This document shows, one piece after another, positions 1 to 12,432 of a DNA stretch of 64,000 bases. Every line of letters starts with the position of its first letter. Position 1 is the first letter of the stretch. The notes beneath the pieces were generated by a model. It saw nothing but the letters and a program-made list of their open reading frames with translations, ran no database searches and was not told where the DNA came from. A program made the position numbers and the translations under genes. Location of the stretch: contig NC_092672.1 of the NCBI RefSeq assembly GCF_964355755.1, positions 16,753,237 to 16,817,236 on the forward strand, in the 5' to 3' direction. The stretch comes from Antedon mediterranea. Lineage: Eukaryota > Animalia > Echinodermata.

Positions 1-1388
1 ATTTTCGAAAAAACTTGGTTACACAAAAACACCAAAGTGCTTAAAATAGCTTCAAATCGCATTTGGAGACGTTTTAGACCATTTTGTGATTTTCGAAAAA
101 ACTTAACATAAAAACATCAAAGTGCTTAAAATCACATTAGAAACCGTTTTAGACCATTTTGAGCATTTCGATAAAACTTTTCACACAAAAACATCAAAGA
201 GCACAAAATAGCTTAATATCGTATTTAAAAATGTTTTTGACCATTTTGAGCATTTCGACAAAAATTGTTCACACAAAACAGCAAAGTGTACAGAATAGCT
301 TCAAATCGTATTTGGAGACGTTTTAGACCTTTTTGTGATTTTCGAAAAAACTTGTTAACATAAAAACACCAAAGTGCTAAGAATAGCTTCAAATCGCAAT
401 TGGAGATATTTTAGACCATTTTGTGTTTTTCGAAAGAACTTGTTAACATAAAAACATCAAAGTGCTTAAAATCACATTAGAAACCGTTTTAGACCATTTT
501 GAGCATTTCGATAAAACTTTTCACACAAAAACATCAAAGAGCACAAAATAGCTTAATATCGTATTTAAAAACGTTTTTGACCATTTTGAGCATTTCGAAA
601 AAAAATTTTCACACAAAACAGCAAAGTGCACAGAATAACTTCAAATCGCATTTGGAGACGTTTTAGACCATTCTGTGATTTTCGAAAAAACTTGTTAACA
701 TAAAAACATCAAAGTGCTTAAAATCACATTAGAAACCGTTTTAGACCATTTTGAGCATTTCGATAAAACTTTTCACACAAAAACATCAAAGAGCCCAAAA
801 TAGATTAATATCGTATTTAAAAACGTTTTTGACCATTTTGAGCATTTCGACAAAAAAATTTCACACAAAACAGCAAAGTGCACAGAATAACTTCAAATCG
901 CATTTGGAGACGTTTTAGACCATTTTGTGATTTTCGAAAAAAACTTGTTAACATAAAAACACCAAAGTGCTTAGAATAGCTTCAAATCGCATTTTGAGAC
1001 ATTTTAGACCCTTTTGTGATTTTCGAAAAAACTTGGTTACACAAAAACACCAAAGTGCTTAAAATCACATTAGAAACCGTTTTAGACCATTTTGAGGATT
1101 TCGATAAAACTTTTCACACAAAAACATCAAAGAGCACAAAATAGCTTAATATCGTATTTAAAAACGTTTTTGACCATTTTGAGCATTTCGACAAAAAAAT
1201 TTCACACAAAACAGCAAAGTGCACAGAATAACTTCAAATCGCATTTGGAGACGTTTTAGACCATTTTGTGATTTTCGAAAAAACTTGTTAACATAAAAAC
1301 ACCAAAGTGCTTAGAATAGCTTCAAATCGCATTTGGAGACGTTTTAGACCATGTTGTGATTTTCGAAAAAACTTAAGATAAAAATATC

Positions 1389-1465
1389 AAAGTGCTTCAA
1401 ATCACATTAGAAACCGTTTTAGACCATTTTGAGCATTTCGACAAAAATTTTTCACACAAAACAGC
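1389..1465 (+). repeat. Exemplar of 77-bp B/C hybrid monomer
   Basis: B-type 5' part (aaatcacattagaaacc) is joined to a C-type tail (cgacaaaaatttttcacacaaaacagc) across the shared tract gaccattttgagcatttcga. It recurs many times. Confidence 0.88.
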
Positions 1466-1933
1466 AAAGTGTACAGAATAGCTTCAAATCGTATTTGGAG
1501 ACGTTTTAGACCTTTTTGTGATTTTCGAAAAAACTTGTTAACATAAAAACACCAAAGTGCTTAGAATAGCTTCAAATCGCATTTTGAGACGTTTTAGACC
1601 ATTCTGTGATTTTCGAAAAAACTTGTTAACATAAAAACATCAAAGTGCTTCAAATCACATTAGAAACCGTTTTAGACCATTTTGAGCATTTCGACAAAAA
1701 ATTTTCACACAAAACAGCAAAGTGTACAGAATAGCTTCAAATCGTATTTGCAGACGTTTTAGACCTTTTTGAGATTTTCGAAAAAACTTGTAACATAAAA
1801 ACATCAAAGTGCTTCAAATCACATTAGAAACCGTTTTAGACCATTTTGAGCATTTCGACAAAAATTTTTCACACAAAACAGCAAAGTGCACAGAATAACT
1901 TCAAATCGCATTTGGAGACGTTTTAGACCATTC

Positions 1934-3376
1934 TGTGATTTTCGAAAAAACTTGTTAACATAAAAACATCAAAGTGCTTAAAATCACATTAGAAACCGTT
2001 TTAGACCATTTTGAGCATTTCGATAAAACTTTTCACACAAAAACATCAAAGAGCCCAAAATAGATTAATATCGTATTTAAAAACGTTTTTGACCATTTTG
2101 AGCATTTCGACAAAAAAATTTCACACAAAACAGCAAAGTGCACAGAATAACTTCAAATCGCATTTGGAGACGTTTTAGACCATTTTGTGATTTTCGAAAA
2201 AACTTGTTAACATAAAAACACCAAAGTGCTTAGAATAGCTTCAAATCGCATTTTGAGACATTTTAGACCCTTTTGTGATTTTTGAAAAAACTTGTTAACA
2301 TAAAAACATCAAAGTGCTTCAAATCACATTAGAAACCGTTTTAGACCATTTTGAGCATTTCGAAAAAAAAATTTTCACACAAAACAGCAAAGTGCACAGA
2401 ATAACTTCAAATCGCATTTGGAGACGTTTTAGACCTTTTTGTGATTTTCGAAAAAACTTGTTAACATAAAAACACCAAAGTGCTAAGAATAGCTTCAAAT
2501 CGCATTTGGAGACATTTTAGACTATTTTGTGTTTTTCGAAAAAACTTGTTAACATAAAAACATCAAAGTGTACAGAATAGCTTCAAATCGCATTTTGAGA
2601 CATTTTAGACTATTTTGTGATTTTCGAAAAAACTTGTTAACATAAAAACATCAAAGTGCTTAAAATCACATTAGAAACCGTTTTAGACCATTTTGAGCAT
2701 TTCGATAAAACTTTTCACACAAAAACATCAAAGAGCCCAAAATAGATTAATATCGTATTTAAAAACGTTTTTGACCATTTTGAGCATTTCGACAAAAAAA
2801 TTTCACACAAAACAGCAAAGTGCACAGAATAACTTCAAATCGCATTTGGAGACGTTTTAGACCATTTTGTGATTTTCGAAAAAACTTGTTAACATAAAAA
2901 CACCAAAGTGCTTAGAATAGCTTCAAATCGCATTTTGAGACATTTTAGACCCTTTTGTGATTTTTGAAAAAACTTGTTAACATAAAAACATCAAAGTGCT
3001 TCAAATCACATTAGAAACCGTTTTAGACCATTTTGAGCATTTCGAAAAAAAAATTTTCACACAAAACAGCAAAGTGCACAGAATAACTTCAAATCGCATT
3101 TGGAGACGTTTTAGACCTTTTTGTGATTTTCGAAAAAACTTGTTAACATAAAAACACCAAAGTGCTAAGAATAGCTTCAAATCGCATTTGGAGACATTTT
3201 AGACTATTTTGTGTTTTTCGAAAAAACTTGTTAACATAAAAACATCAAAGTGTACAGAATAGCTTCAAATCGCATTTTGAGACATTTTAGACTATTTTGT
3301 GATTTTCGAAAAAACTTGTTAACATAAAAACATCAAAGTGCTTAAAATCACATTAGAAACCGTTTTAGACCATTTT
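1934..3376 (+). repeat. Recent tandem duplication, period 682 bp (8 monomers)
   Basis: The rare variant gagcccaaaatagatt lies at 2051 and 2733, and the intervening sequence appears identical at that offset. Confidence 0.88.
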
Positions 3377-4431
3377 AAGCATTTCGATAAAACTTTTCAC
3401 ACAAAAACATCAATGAGCACAAAATAGCTTAATATCGTATTTAAAAACGTTTTTGACCATTTTGAGCATTTCGACAAAAAATTTTTACACAAAACAGCAA
3501 AGTGCACAGAATAACTTCAAATCGCATTTGGAGACGTTTTAGACCATTTTGTGATTTTCGAAAAAACTTGTTAACATAAAAACATCAAAGTGCTTCAAAT
3601 CACATTAGAAACCGTTTTAGACCATTTTGAGCATTTCGATAAAACTTTTCACACAAAAACATCAAAGAGCACAAAATAGCTTAATATCGTATTTAAAAAC
3701 GTTTTTGACCATTTTGAGCATTTCGACAAAAAAATTTCACACAAAACAGCAAAGTGCACAGAATAACTTCAAATCGCATTTGGAGACGTTTTAGACCATT
3801 TTGTGATTTTCGAAAAAACTTGTTAACATAAAAACACCAAAGTGCTTAGAATAGCTTCAAATCGCATTTTGAGACATTTTAGACCCTTTTGTGATTTTTG
3901 AAAAAACTTGTTAACATAAAAACATCAAAGTGCTTCAAATCACATTAGAAACCGTTTTAGACCATTTTGAGCATTTCGATAAAACTTTTCACACAAAAAT
4001 ATCAAAGAGCACAAAATAGCTTAATATCGTATTTAAAAACGTTTTTGACCATTTTGAGCATTTAGACAAAAAATTTTCAAACAAAACAGCAAAGTGCACA
4101 GAATAACTTCAAATCGCATTTGGAGACGTTTTAGACCATTCTGTGATTTTCGAAAAAACTTGTTAACATAGAAACATCAAAGTGCTTAAAATCACATTAG
4201 AAACCGTTTTAGACCATTTTGAGCATTTCGATAAAACTTTTCACACAAAAAACATTAAAGAGCACAAAATAGCTTAATATCGTATTTAAAAACGTTTTTG
4301 ACCATTTTGAGCATTTCGACAAAAATTTTTCACACAAAACAGCAAAGTGTACAGAATAGCTTCAAATCGTATTTGGAGACGTTTTAGACCTTTTTGTGAT
4401 TTCCGAAAAAACTTGTTAACATAAAAACACC

Positions 4432-4519
4432 AAAGTGCTTAGAATAGCTTCAAATCGCATTTGGAGACGTTTTAGACCATTTTGTGATTTTCGAAAAAAC
4501 TTGTTAACATAAAAACACC
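4432..4519 (+). repeat. Exemplar of monomer type A (88 bp), the most abundant unit
   Basis: Counted 88 bp from aaagtgctta to aaaacacc. Adjacent copies repeat at an 88-bp period through about 4.3-5.8 kb. Confidence 0.97.
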
Positions 4520-5836
4520 AAAGTGCTTAGAATAGCTTCAAATCGCATTTTGAGACATTTTAGACCCTTTTGTGATTTTCGAAAAAACTTGGTTACACAA
4601 AAACACCAAAGTGCTTAAAATAGCTTCAAATTGCATTTGGAGACGTTTTAGACCATTTTGTGATTTCCGAAAAAACTTGTTAACATAAAAACACCAAAGT
4701 GCTTAGAATAGCTTCAAATCGCATTTGGAGACGTTTTAGACCATTTTGTGATTTTCGAAAAAACTTGTTAACATAAAAACACCAAAGTGCTTAGAATAGC
4801 TTCAAATCGCATTTTGAGACATTTTAGACCATTTTGTGATTTTCGAAAAAACTTGTTAACATAAAAACACCAAAGTGCTTAGAATAGCTTCAAATCGCAT
4901 TTTTAGACATTTTACACCCTTTTGTGATTTTCGAAAAAACTTGTTAAAATAAAAACATCAAAGTGTACAGAATAGCTTCAAATCGCATTTGGAGACGTTT
5001 TAGACCATTTTGTGATTTTGAAAAAAACTTAACATAAAAACACCAACGAGCTTAGAATAGCTTCAAATCGCATTTTGAGACATTTTAGACCATTTTGTGA
5101 TTTTCGAAAAAACTTGTTAAAATAAAAACATCAAAATGTACAGAATAGCTTCAAATCGCATTTGGAGACGTTTTAGACCATTTTGTGATTTTGAAAAAAA
5201 CTTGTTAACATAAAAACACCAAAGAGCTTAGAATAGCTTCAAATCGCATTTTGAGACATTTTAGACCATTTTGTGTTTTTCGAAAAAACTTGTTAACATA
5301 AAAACATCAAAGTGTACAGAATAGCTTCAAATCGCATTTGGAGACGTTTTAGACCATTTTGTGATTTTCGAAAAAACTTGTTAACATAAAAACATCAAAG
5401 TGCTTAGAATAGCTTCAAATCGCATTTGGAGACGTTTTAGACCATTTTGTGATTTTCGAAAAAACTTGTTAACATAAAAACACCAAAGTGCTAAAAATAG
5501 CTTCAAATCGCATTTGGAGAAGTTTTAAACCATTTTGTGATTTTCGAAAAAACTTGTTAACATAAAAACATCAAAGTGTACAGAATAACTTCAAATCGCA
5601 TTTGGAGACGTTTTAGACCATTTTGTGATTTTCGAAAAAACTTGGTTACACAAAAACACCAAAGTGCTTAGAATAGCTTCAAATCGCATTTTGAGACATT
5701 TTAGACCCTTTTGTAATTTTCGAAAAAACTTGGTTACACAAAAACACCAAAGTGCTTAAAATAGCTTCAAATCGCATTTGGAGACATTTTAGAATATTTT
5801 GTGATTTTCGAAAAAACTTGGTTACACAAAAACACC

Positions 5837-5913
5837 AAAGTGCTTAAAATCACATTAGAAACCGTTTTAGACCATTTTGAGCATTTCGATAAAACTTTTC
5901 ACACAAAAACATC
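5837..5913 (+). repeat. Exemplar of monomer type B (77 bp)
   Basis: aaagtgcttaaaatcacattagaaaccgttttagaccattttgagcatttcgataaaacttttcacacaaaaacatc. It aligns to A with a 10-bp deletion (gaatagcttc), a 1-bp deletion and substitutions. Confidence 0.95.
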
Positions 5914-6000
5914 AAAGAGCACAAAATAGCTTAATATCGTATTTAAAAACGTTTTTGACCATTTTGAGCATTTCGACAAAAAAATTTGACACAAAACAGC
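5914..6000 (+). repeat. Exemplar of monomer type C (87 bp)
   Basis: aaagagcacaaaatagcttaatatcgtatttaaaaacgtttttgaccattttgagcatttcgac...cacaaaacagc. It is colinear with A but diverged, and almost always follows B. Confidence 0.95.
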
Positions 6001-6088
6001 AAAGTGCACAGAATAACTTCAAATCGCATTTGGAGACGTTTTAGACCATTTTGTGATTTTCGAAAAAACTTGTTAACATAAAAACACC
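6001..6088 (+). repeat. Exemplar of monomer type D (88 bp; A-like unit starting aaagtgcacagaataac); B+C+D form a 252-bp trimer
   Basis: Follows C. The trimer period of 252 bp is seen directly (aaaccg at 481 and 733). Confidence 0.92.
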
Positions 6089-9000
6089 AAAGTGCTTAGA
6101 ATAGCTTCAAATCGCATTTTGAGACATTTTAGACCCTTTTGTGATTTTTGAAAAAACTTGTTAACATAAAAACATCAAAGTGCTTCAAATCACATTAGAA
6201 ACCGTTTTAGACCATTTTGAGAATTTCGATAAAACTTTTCACACAAAAACATCAAAGAGCACAAAATAGCTTAATATCGTATTTAAAAACGTTTTTGACC
6301 ATTTTGAGCATTTAGCCAAAAAATTTTCAAACAAAACAGCAAAGTGCACAGAATAACTTCAAATCGCATTTGGAGACGTTTTAGACCATTCTGTGATTTT
6401 CGAAAAAACTTGTTAACATAAAAACATCAAAGTGCTTAAAATCACATTAGAAACCGTTTTAGACCATTTTGAGCATTTCGATAAAACTTTTCACACAAAA
6501 ACATTAAAGAGCACAAAATAGCTTAATATCGTATTTAAAAACGTTTTTGACCATTTTGAGCATTTCGACAAAAATTTTTCACACAAAACAGCAAAGTGTA
6601 CAGAATAGCTTCAAATCGTATTTGGAGACGTTTTAGACCTTTTTGTGATTTCCGAAAAAACTTGTTAACATAAAAACACCAAAGTGCTTAGAATAGCTTC
6701 AAATCGCATTTGGAGACGTTTTAGACCATTTTGTGATTTTCGAAAAAACTTGGTTACACAAAAACACCAAAGTGCTTAAAATAGCTTCAAATTGCATTTG
6801 GAGACGTTTTAGACCATTTTGTGATTTTCGAAAAAACTTGTTACCATAAAAACACCAAAGTGCTTAGATTAGCTTCAAATCGCATTTTGAGACATTTTAG
6901 ACCCTTTTGTGATTTTTGAAAAAACTTGTTAACATAAAAACACCAAAGAGCTTAGAATAGCTTCAAATCGCATTTTGAGACATTTTAGACCATTTTGTGA
7001 TTTTCGAAAAAACTTGTTTGAATAGCTTCAAATCGCATTTGGAGACGTTTTAGACCATTTTGTGATTTTCGAAAAAACTTGTTAACATAAAAACATCAAA
7101 GTGCTTAGAATAGCTTCAAATCGCATTTGGAGACGTTTTAGACCATTTTGTGATTTTCGAAAAAACTTGTTAACATAAAAACACCAAAGTGCTTAGAATA
7201 GCTTCAAATCGCATTTTGAGACATTTTAGACCATTTTGTGATTTTCGAAAAAACTTGTTAACATAAAAACACCAAAGTGCTTAGAATAGCTTCAAATCGC
7301 ATTTTGAGACATTTTAGACCCTTTTGTGATTTTCGAAAAAACTTGTTAACATAAAAATTCCAAAGTGCTAAGAATAGCTTCAAATCGCATTTGGAGACAT
7401 TTTAGACCACTTTGTGATTTTCGAAAAAACTTGTTAACATAAAAACATCAAAGTGCTTAAAATCACATTAGAAACCGTTTTAGACCATTTTGAGCATTTC
7501 GATAAAACTTTTCACACAAAAACATCAAAGAGCACAAAATAGCTTAATATCGTAAAAACATCAAAGTGCTTAAAATCACATTAGAAACCGTTTTAGACCA
7601 TTTTGAGCATTTCGATAAAACTTTTCACACAAAAACATCAAAGAGCACAAAATAGCTTAATATCGTATTTAAAAACGTTTTTGACCATTTTGAGCATTTA
7701 GACAAAAAATTTTCAAACAAAACAGCAAAGTGCACAGAATAACTTCAAATCGCATTTGGAGACGTTTTAGACCATTCTGTGATTTTCGAAAAAACTTGTT
7801 AACATAAAAACATCAAAGTGCTTAGAATAGCTTCAAATCGCATTTGGAGACGTTTTAGACCATTTTGTGATTTTCGAAAAAACTTGTTAACATAAAAACA
7901 CCAAAGTGCTTAGAATAGCTTCAAATCGCATTTTGAGACATTTTAGACCCTTTTGTGATTTTCGAAAAAACTTGGTTACACAAAAACACCAAAGTGCTTA
8001 AAATAGCTTCAAATTGCATTTGGAGACGTTTTAGACCATTTTGTGATTTTCGAAAAAACTTGTTACCATAAAAACACCAAAGTGCTTAGATTAGCTTCAA
8101 ATCGCATTTTGAGACATTTTAGACCCTTTTGTGATTTTCGAAAAAACTTGTTAACATAAAAACACCAAAGAGCTTAGAATAGCTTCAAATCGCATTTTGA
8201 GACATTTTAGACCATTTTGTGATTTTCGAAAAAACTTGTTAACATAAAAACACCAAAGTGCTTAAAATAGCTTCAAATCGCATTTGGAGAAGTTTTAAAC
8301 CATTTTGTGATTTTCGAAAAAACTTGTTAACATAAAAACATCAAAGTGTACAGAATAACTTCAAATCGCATTTGGAGACGTTTTAGACCATTTTGTGATT
8401 TTGAAAAAAACTTAACATAAAAACACCAACGAGCTTAGAATAGCTTCAAATCGCATTTTTAGACATTTTACACCCTTTTGTGATTTTCGAAAAAACTTGT
8501 TAAAATAAAAACATCAAAGTGTACAGAATAGCTTCAAATCGCATTTGGAGACGTTTTAGACCATTTTGTGATTTTGAAAAAAACTTAACATAAAAACACC
8601 AAAGAGCTTAGAATAGCTTCAAATCGCATTTTGAGACATTTTAGACCATTTTGTGATTTTCGAAAAAACTTGTTAAAATAAAAACATCAAAATGTACAGA
8701 ATAGCTTCAAATCGCATTTGGAGACGTTTTAGACCATTTTGTGATTTTGAAAAAAACTTGTTAACATAAAAACACCAAAGTGCTTAGAATAGCTTCAAAT
8801 CGCATTTGGAGACGTTTTAGACCATTTTGTGATTTTCGAAAAAACTTGTTAACATAAAAACACCAAAGTGCTTAGAATAGCTTCAAATCGCATTTTGAGA
8901 CATTTTAGACCCTTTTGTGATTTTCGAAAAAACTTGGTTACACAAAAACACCAAAGTGCTTAAAATAGCTTCAAATTGCATTTGGAGACGTTTTAGACCA

Positions 9001-12000
9001 TTTTGTGATTTTCGAAAAAACTTGTTACCATAAAAACACCAAAGTGCTTAGATTAGCTTCAAATCGCATTTTGAGACATTTTAGACCCTTTTGTGATTTT
9101 TGAAAAAACTTGTTAACATAAAAACACCAAAGAGCTTAGAATAGCTTCAAATCGCATTTTGAGACATTTTAGACCATTTTGTGATTTTCGAAAAAACTTG
9201 TTTACATAAAAACACCAAAGTGCTTAGAATAGCTTCAAATCACATTTTGAGACATTTTAGACCCTTTTGTGATTTTCGAAAAAACTTGTTAACATAAAAA
9301 TTCCAAAGTGCTAAGAATAGCTTCAAATCGCATTTGGAGACATTTTAGACCACTTTGTGATTTTCGAAAAAACTTGTTAACATAAAAACATCAAAGTGCT
9401 TAAAATCACATTAGAAACCGTTTTAGACCATTTTGAGCATTTCGATAAAACTTTTCACACAAAAACATCAAAGAGCACAAAATAGCTTAATATCGTATTT
9501 AAAAACGTTTTTGACCATTTTGAGCATTTCGACAAAAAAATTTCACACAAAACAGAAAAGTAGCTTCAAATCGTATTTGGAGACGTTTTAGACCTTTTTG
9601 TGATTTTCGAAAAAACTTGTTAACATAAAAACACCAAAGTGCTAAGAATAGCTTCAAATCGCATTTTAGACCATTTTGTGTTTTTCGAAAAAACTTGTTA
9701 ACATAAAAACACCAAAGTGCTTAAAATCACATTAGAAACCGTTTTAGACCATTTTGAGCATTTCGATAAAACTTTTCACACAAAAACATCAAAGAGCACA
9801 AAATAGCTTAATATCGTATTTAAAAACGTTTTTGACCATTTTGAGCATTTCGAAAAAAAAATTTTCACACAAAACAGCAAAGTGCACAGAATAACTTCAA
9901 ATCGCATTTGGAGACGTTTTAGACCTTTTTGTGATTTTCGAAAAAACTTGTTAACATAAAAACACCAAAGTGCTAAGAATAGCTTCAAATCGCATTTGGA
10001 GACATTTTAGACCACTTTGTGATTTTCGAAAAAACTTGTTAACATAAAAACATCAAAGTGCTTAAAATCACATTAGAAACCGTTTTAGACCATTTTGAGC
10101 ATTTCGACAAAAAATTTTCACACAAAACAGCAAAGTGTACAGAATAGCTTCAAATCGTATTTGGAGACGTTTTAGACCTTTTTGTGATTTTCAAAAAAAC
10201 TTGTTAACATAAAAACACCAAAGTGCTTAGAATAGCTTCAAATCGCATTTGGAGACGTTTTAGACCATTTTTTGATTTTCGAAAAAACTTGTTACCATAA
10301 AAACACCAAAGTGCTTAGAATAGCTTCAAATCGCATTTTGAGACGTTTTAGACCATTCTGTGATTTTCGAAAAAACTTGTTAACATAAAAACATCAAAGT
10401 GCTTAAAATCACATTAGAAACCGTTTTAGACCATTTTGAGCATTTCGATAAAACTTTTTACACAAAAACATCAAAGAGCACAAAATAGCTTAATATCGTA
10501 TTTATAAACGTTTTTGACCATTTTGAGCATTTAGACAAAAAATTTTGAAACAAAACAGCAAAGTGCACAGAATAACTTCAAATCGCATTTGGAGACGTTT
10601 TAGACCATTCTGTGATTTTCGAAAAAACTTGTTAACATAAAAACATCAAAGTGCTTAGAATAGCTTCAAATCGCATTTGGAGTCGTTTTAGACCATGTTG
10701 TGATTTTCGAAAAAACTTTTTAACATAAAAACACCAAAGTGCTTAGAATGGCTTCAAATCGCATTTGGAGACATTTTAGACTATTTTGTGATTTTCGAAA
10801 AAACTTAAGATAAAAATATCAAAGTGCTTCAAATCACATTAGAAACCGTTTTAGACCATTTTGAGCATTTCGACAAAAATTTTTCACACAAAACAGCAAA
10901 GTGTACAGAATAGCTTCAAATCGTATTTGGAGACGTTTTAGACCTTTTTGTGATTTTCGAAAAAACTTGTTAACATAAAAACACCAAAGTGCTTAGAATA
11001 GCTTCAAATCGCATTTTGAGACGTTTTAGACCATTCTGTGATTTTCGAAAAAACTTGTTAACATAAAAACATCAAAGTGCTTAAAATCACATTAGAATCC
11101 GTTTTAGACCATTTTGAGCATTTCGATAAAACTTTTCAAACAAAAACATCAAAGAGCACAAAATAGCTTAATATCGTATTTAAAAACGTTTTTGACCATT
11201 TTGAGCATTTCGACAAAAAATTTTCACACAAAACAGCAAAGTGCACAGAATAACTTCAAATCGCATTTGGAGACATTTTAGACTATTTTGTGATTTTCGA
11301 AAAAACTTAAGATAAAAATATCAAAGTGCTTCAAATCACATTAGAAACCGTTTTAGACCATTTTGAGCATTTCGACAAAAATTTTTCACACAAAACAGCA
11401 AAGTGTACAGAATAGCTTCAAATCGTATTTGGAGACGTTTTAGACCTTTTTGTGATTTTCGAAAAAACTTGTTAACATAAAAACACCAAAGTGCTTAGAA
11501 TAGCTTCAAATCGCATTTTGAGACGTTTTAGACCCTTTTGTGATTTTCGAAAAAACTTGGTTACACAAAAACACCAAAGTGCTTAAAATAGCTTCAAATC
11601 GCATTTGGAGACATTTTAGACTATTTTGTGATTTTCGAAAAAACTTGTTAACATAAAAACATCAAAGTGCTTCAAATCACATTAGAAACCGTTTTAGACC
11701 ATTTTGAGCATTTCGACAAAAATTTTTCACACAAAACAGCAAAGTGTACAGAATAGCTTCAAATCGTATTTGGAGACGTTTTAGACCATTTTTTGATTTT
11801 CGAAAAAACTTGTTAACATAAAAACACCAAAGTGCTTAGAATAGCTTCAAATCGCATTTTGAGACGTTTTAGACAATTCTGTGATTTTCGAAAAAACTTG
11901 TTAACATAAAAACATCAAAGTGCTTAAAATCACATTAGAATCCGTTTTAGACCATTTTGAGCATTTCGATAAAACTTTTCAAACAAAAACATCAAAGAGC

Positions 12001-12432
12001 ACAAAATAGCTTAATATCGTATTTAAAAACGTTTTTGACCATTTTGAGCATTTCGACAAAAAATTTTCACACAAAACAGCAAAGTGCACAGAATAACTTC
12101 AAATCGCATTTGGAGACGTTTTAGACAATTTTGTGATTTTCGAAAAAACTTGTTAACATAAAAACACCAAAGTGCTAAGAATAGCTTCAAATCGCATTTG
12201 GAGACATTTTAGACCATTTTGTGATTTTCGAAAAAACTTGTTAAGATAAAAACATCAAAGTGTACACAATAGCTTCAAATCGCATTTGGAGACGTTTTAG
12301 ACCATTTTGTGATTTTCGAAAAAACTTGTTAACATAAAAACACCAAAGTGCTTAGAATAGCTTCAAATCGCATTTTGAGACATTTTAGACCCTTTTGTGA
12401 TTTTCGAAAAAACTTGGTTACACAAAAACACC

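Larger units (their letters stand above)
5837..6680 (+). repeat. 844-bp higher-order block (B-C-D-A-B-C-D-B-C-D')
   Basis: The same order with the same position-specific variants (catttagac/c in the 2nd C, cattaaag ending the 3rd B, tcgtat in D') also starts at ~13398, 22111, 31520, 33332, 37641, 48388 and 55106. Confidence 0.88.

Noticed and set aside
4485-4505. TTCG resembling the CENP-B box, or ttcgaa resembling a heat-shock element
   Set aside because: The remaining CENP-B box core (A....CGGG) is absent, and there is no third nGAAn unit. The match is too short to mean anything.
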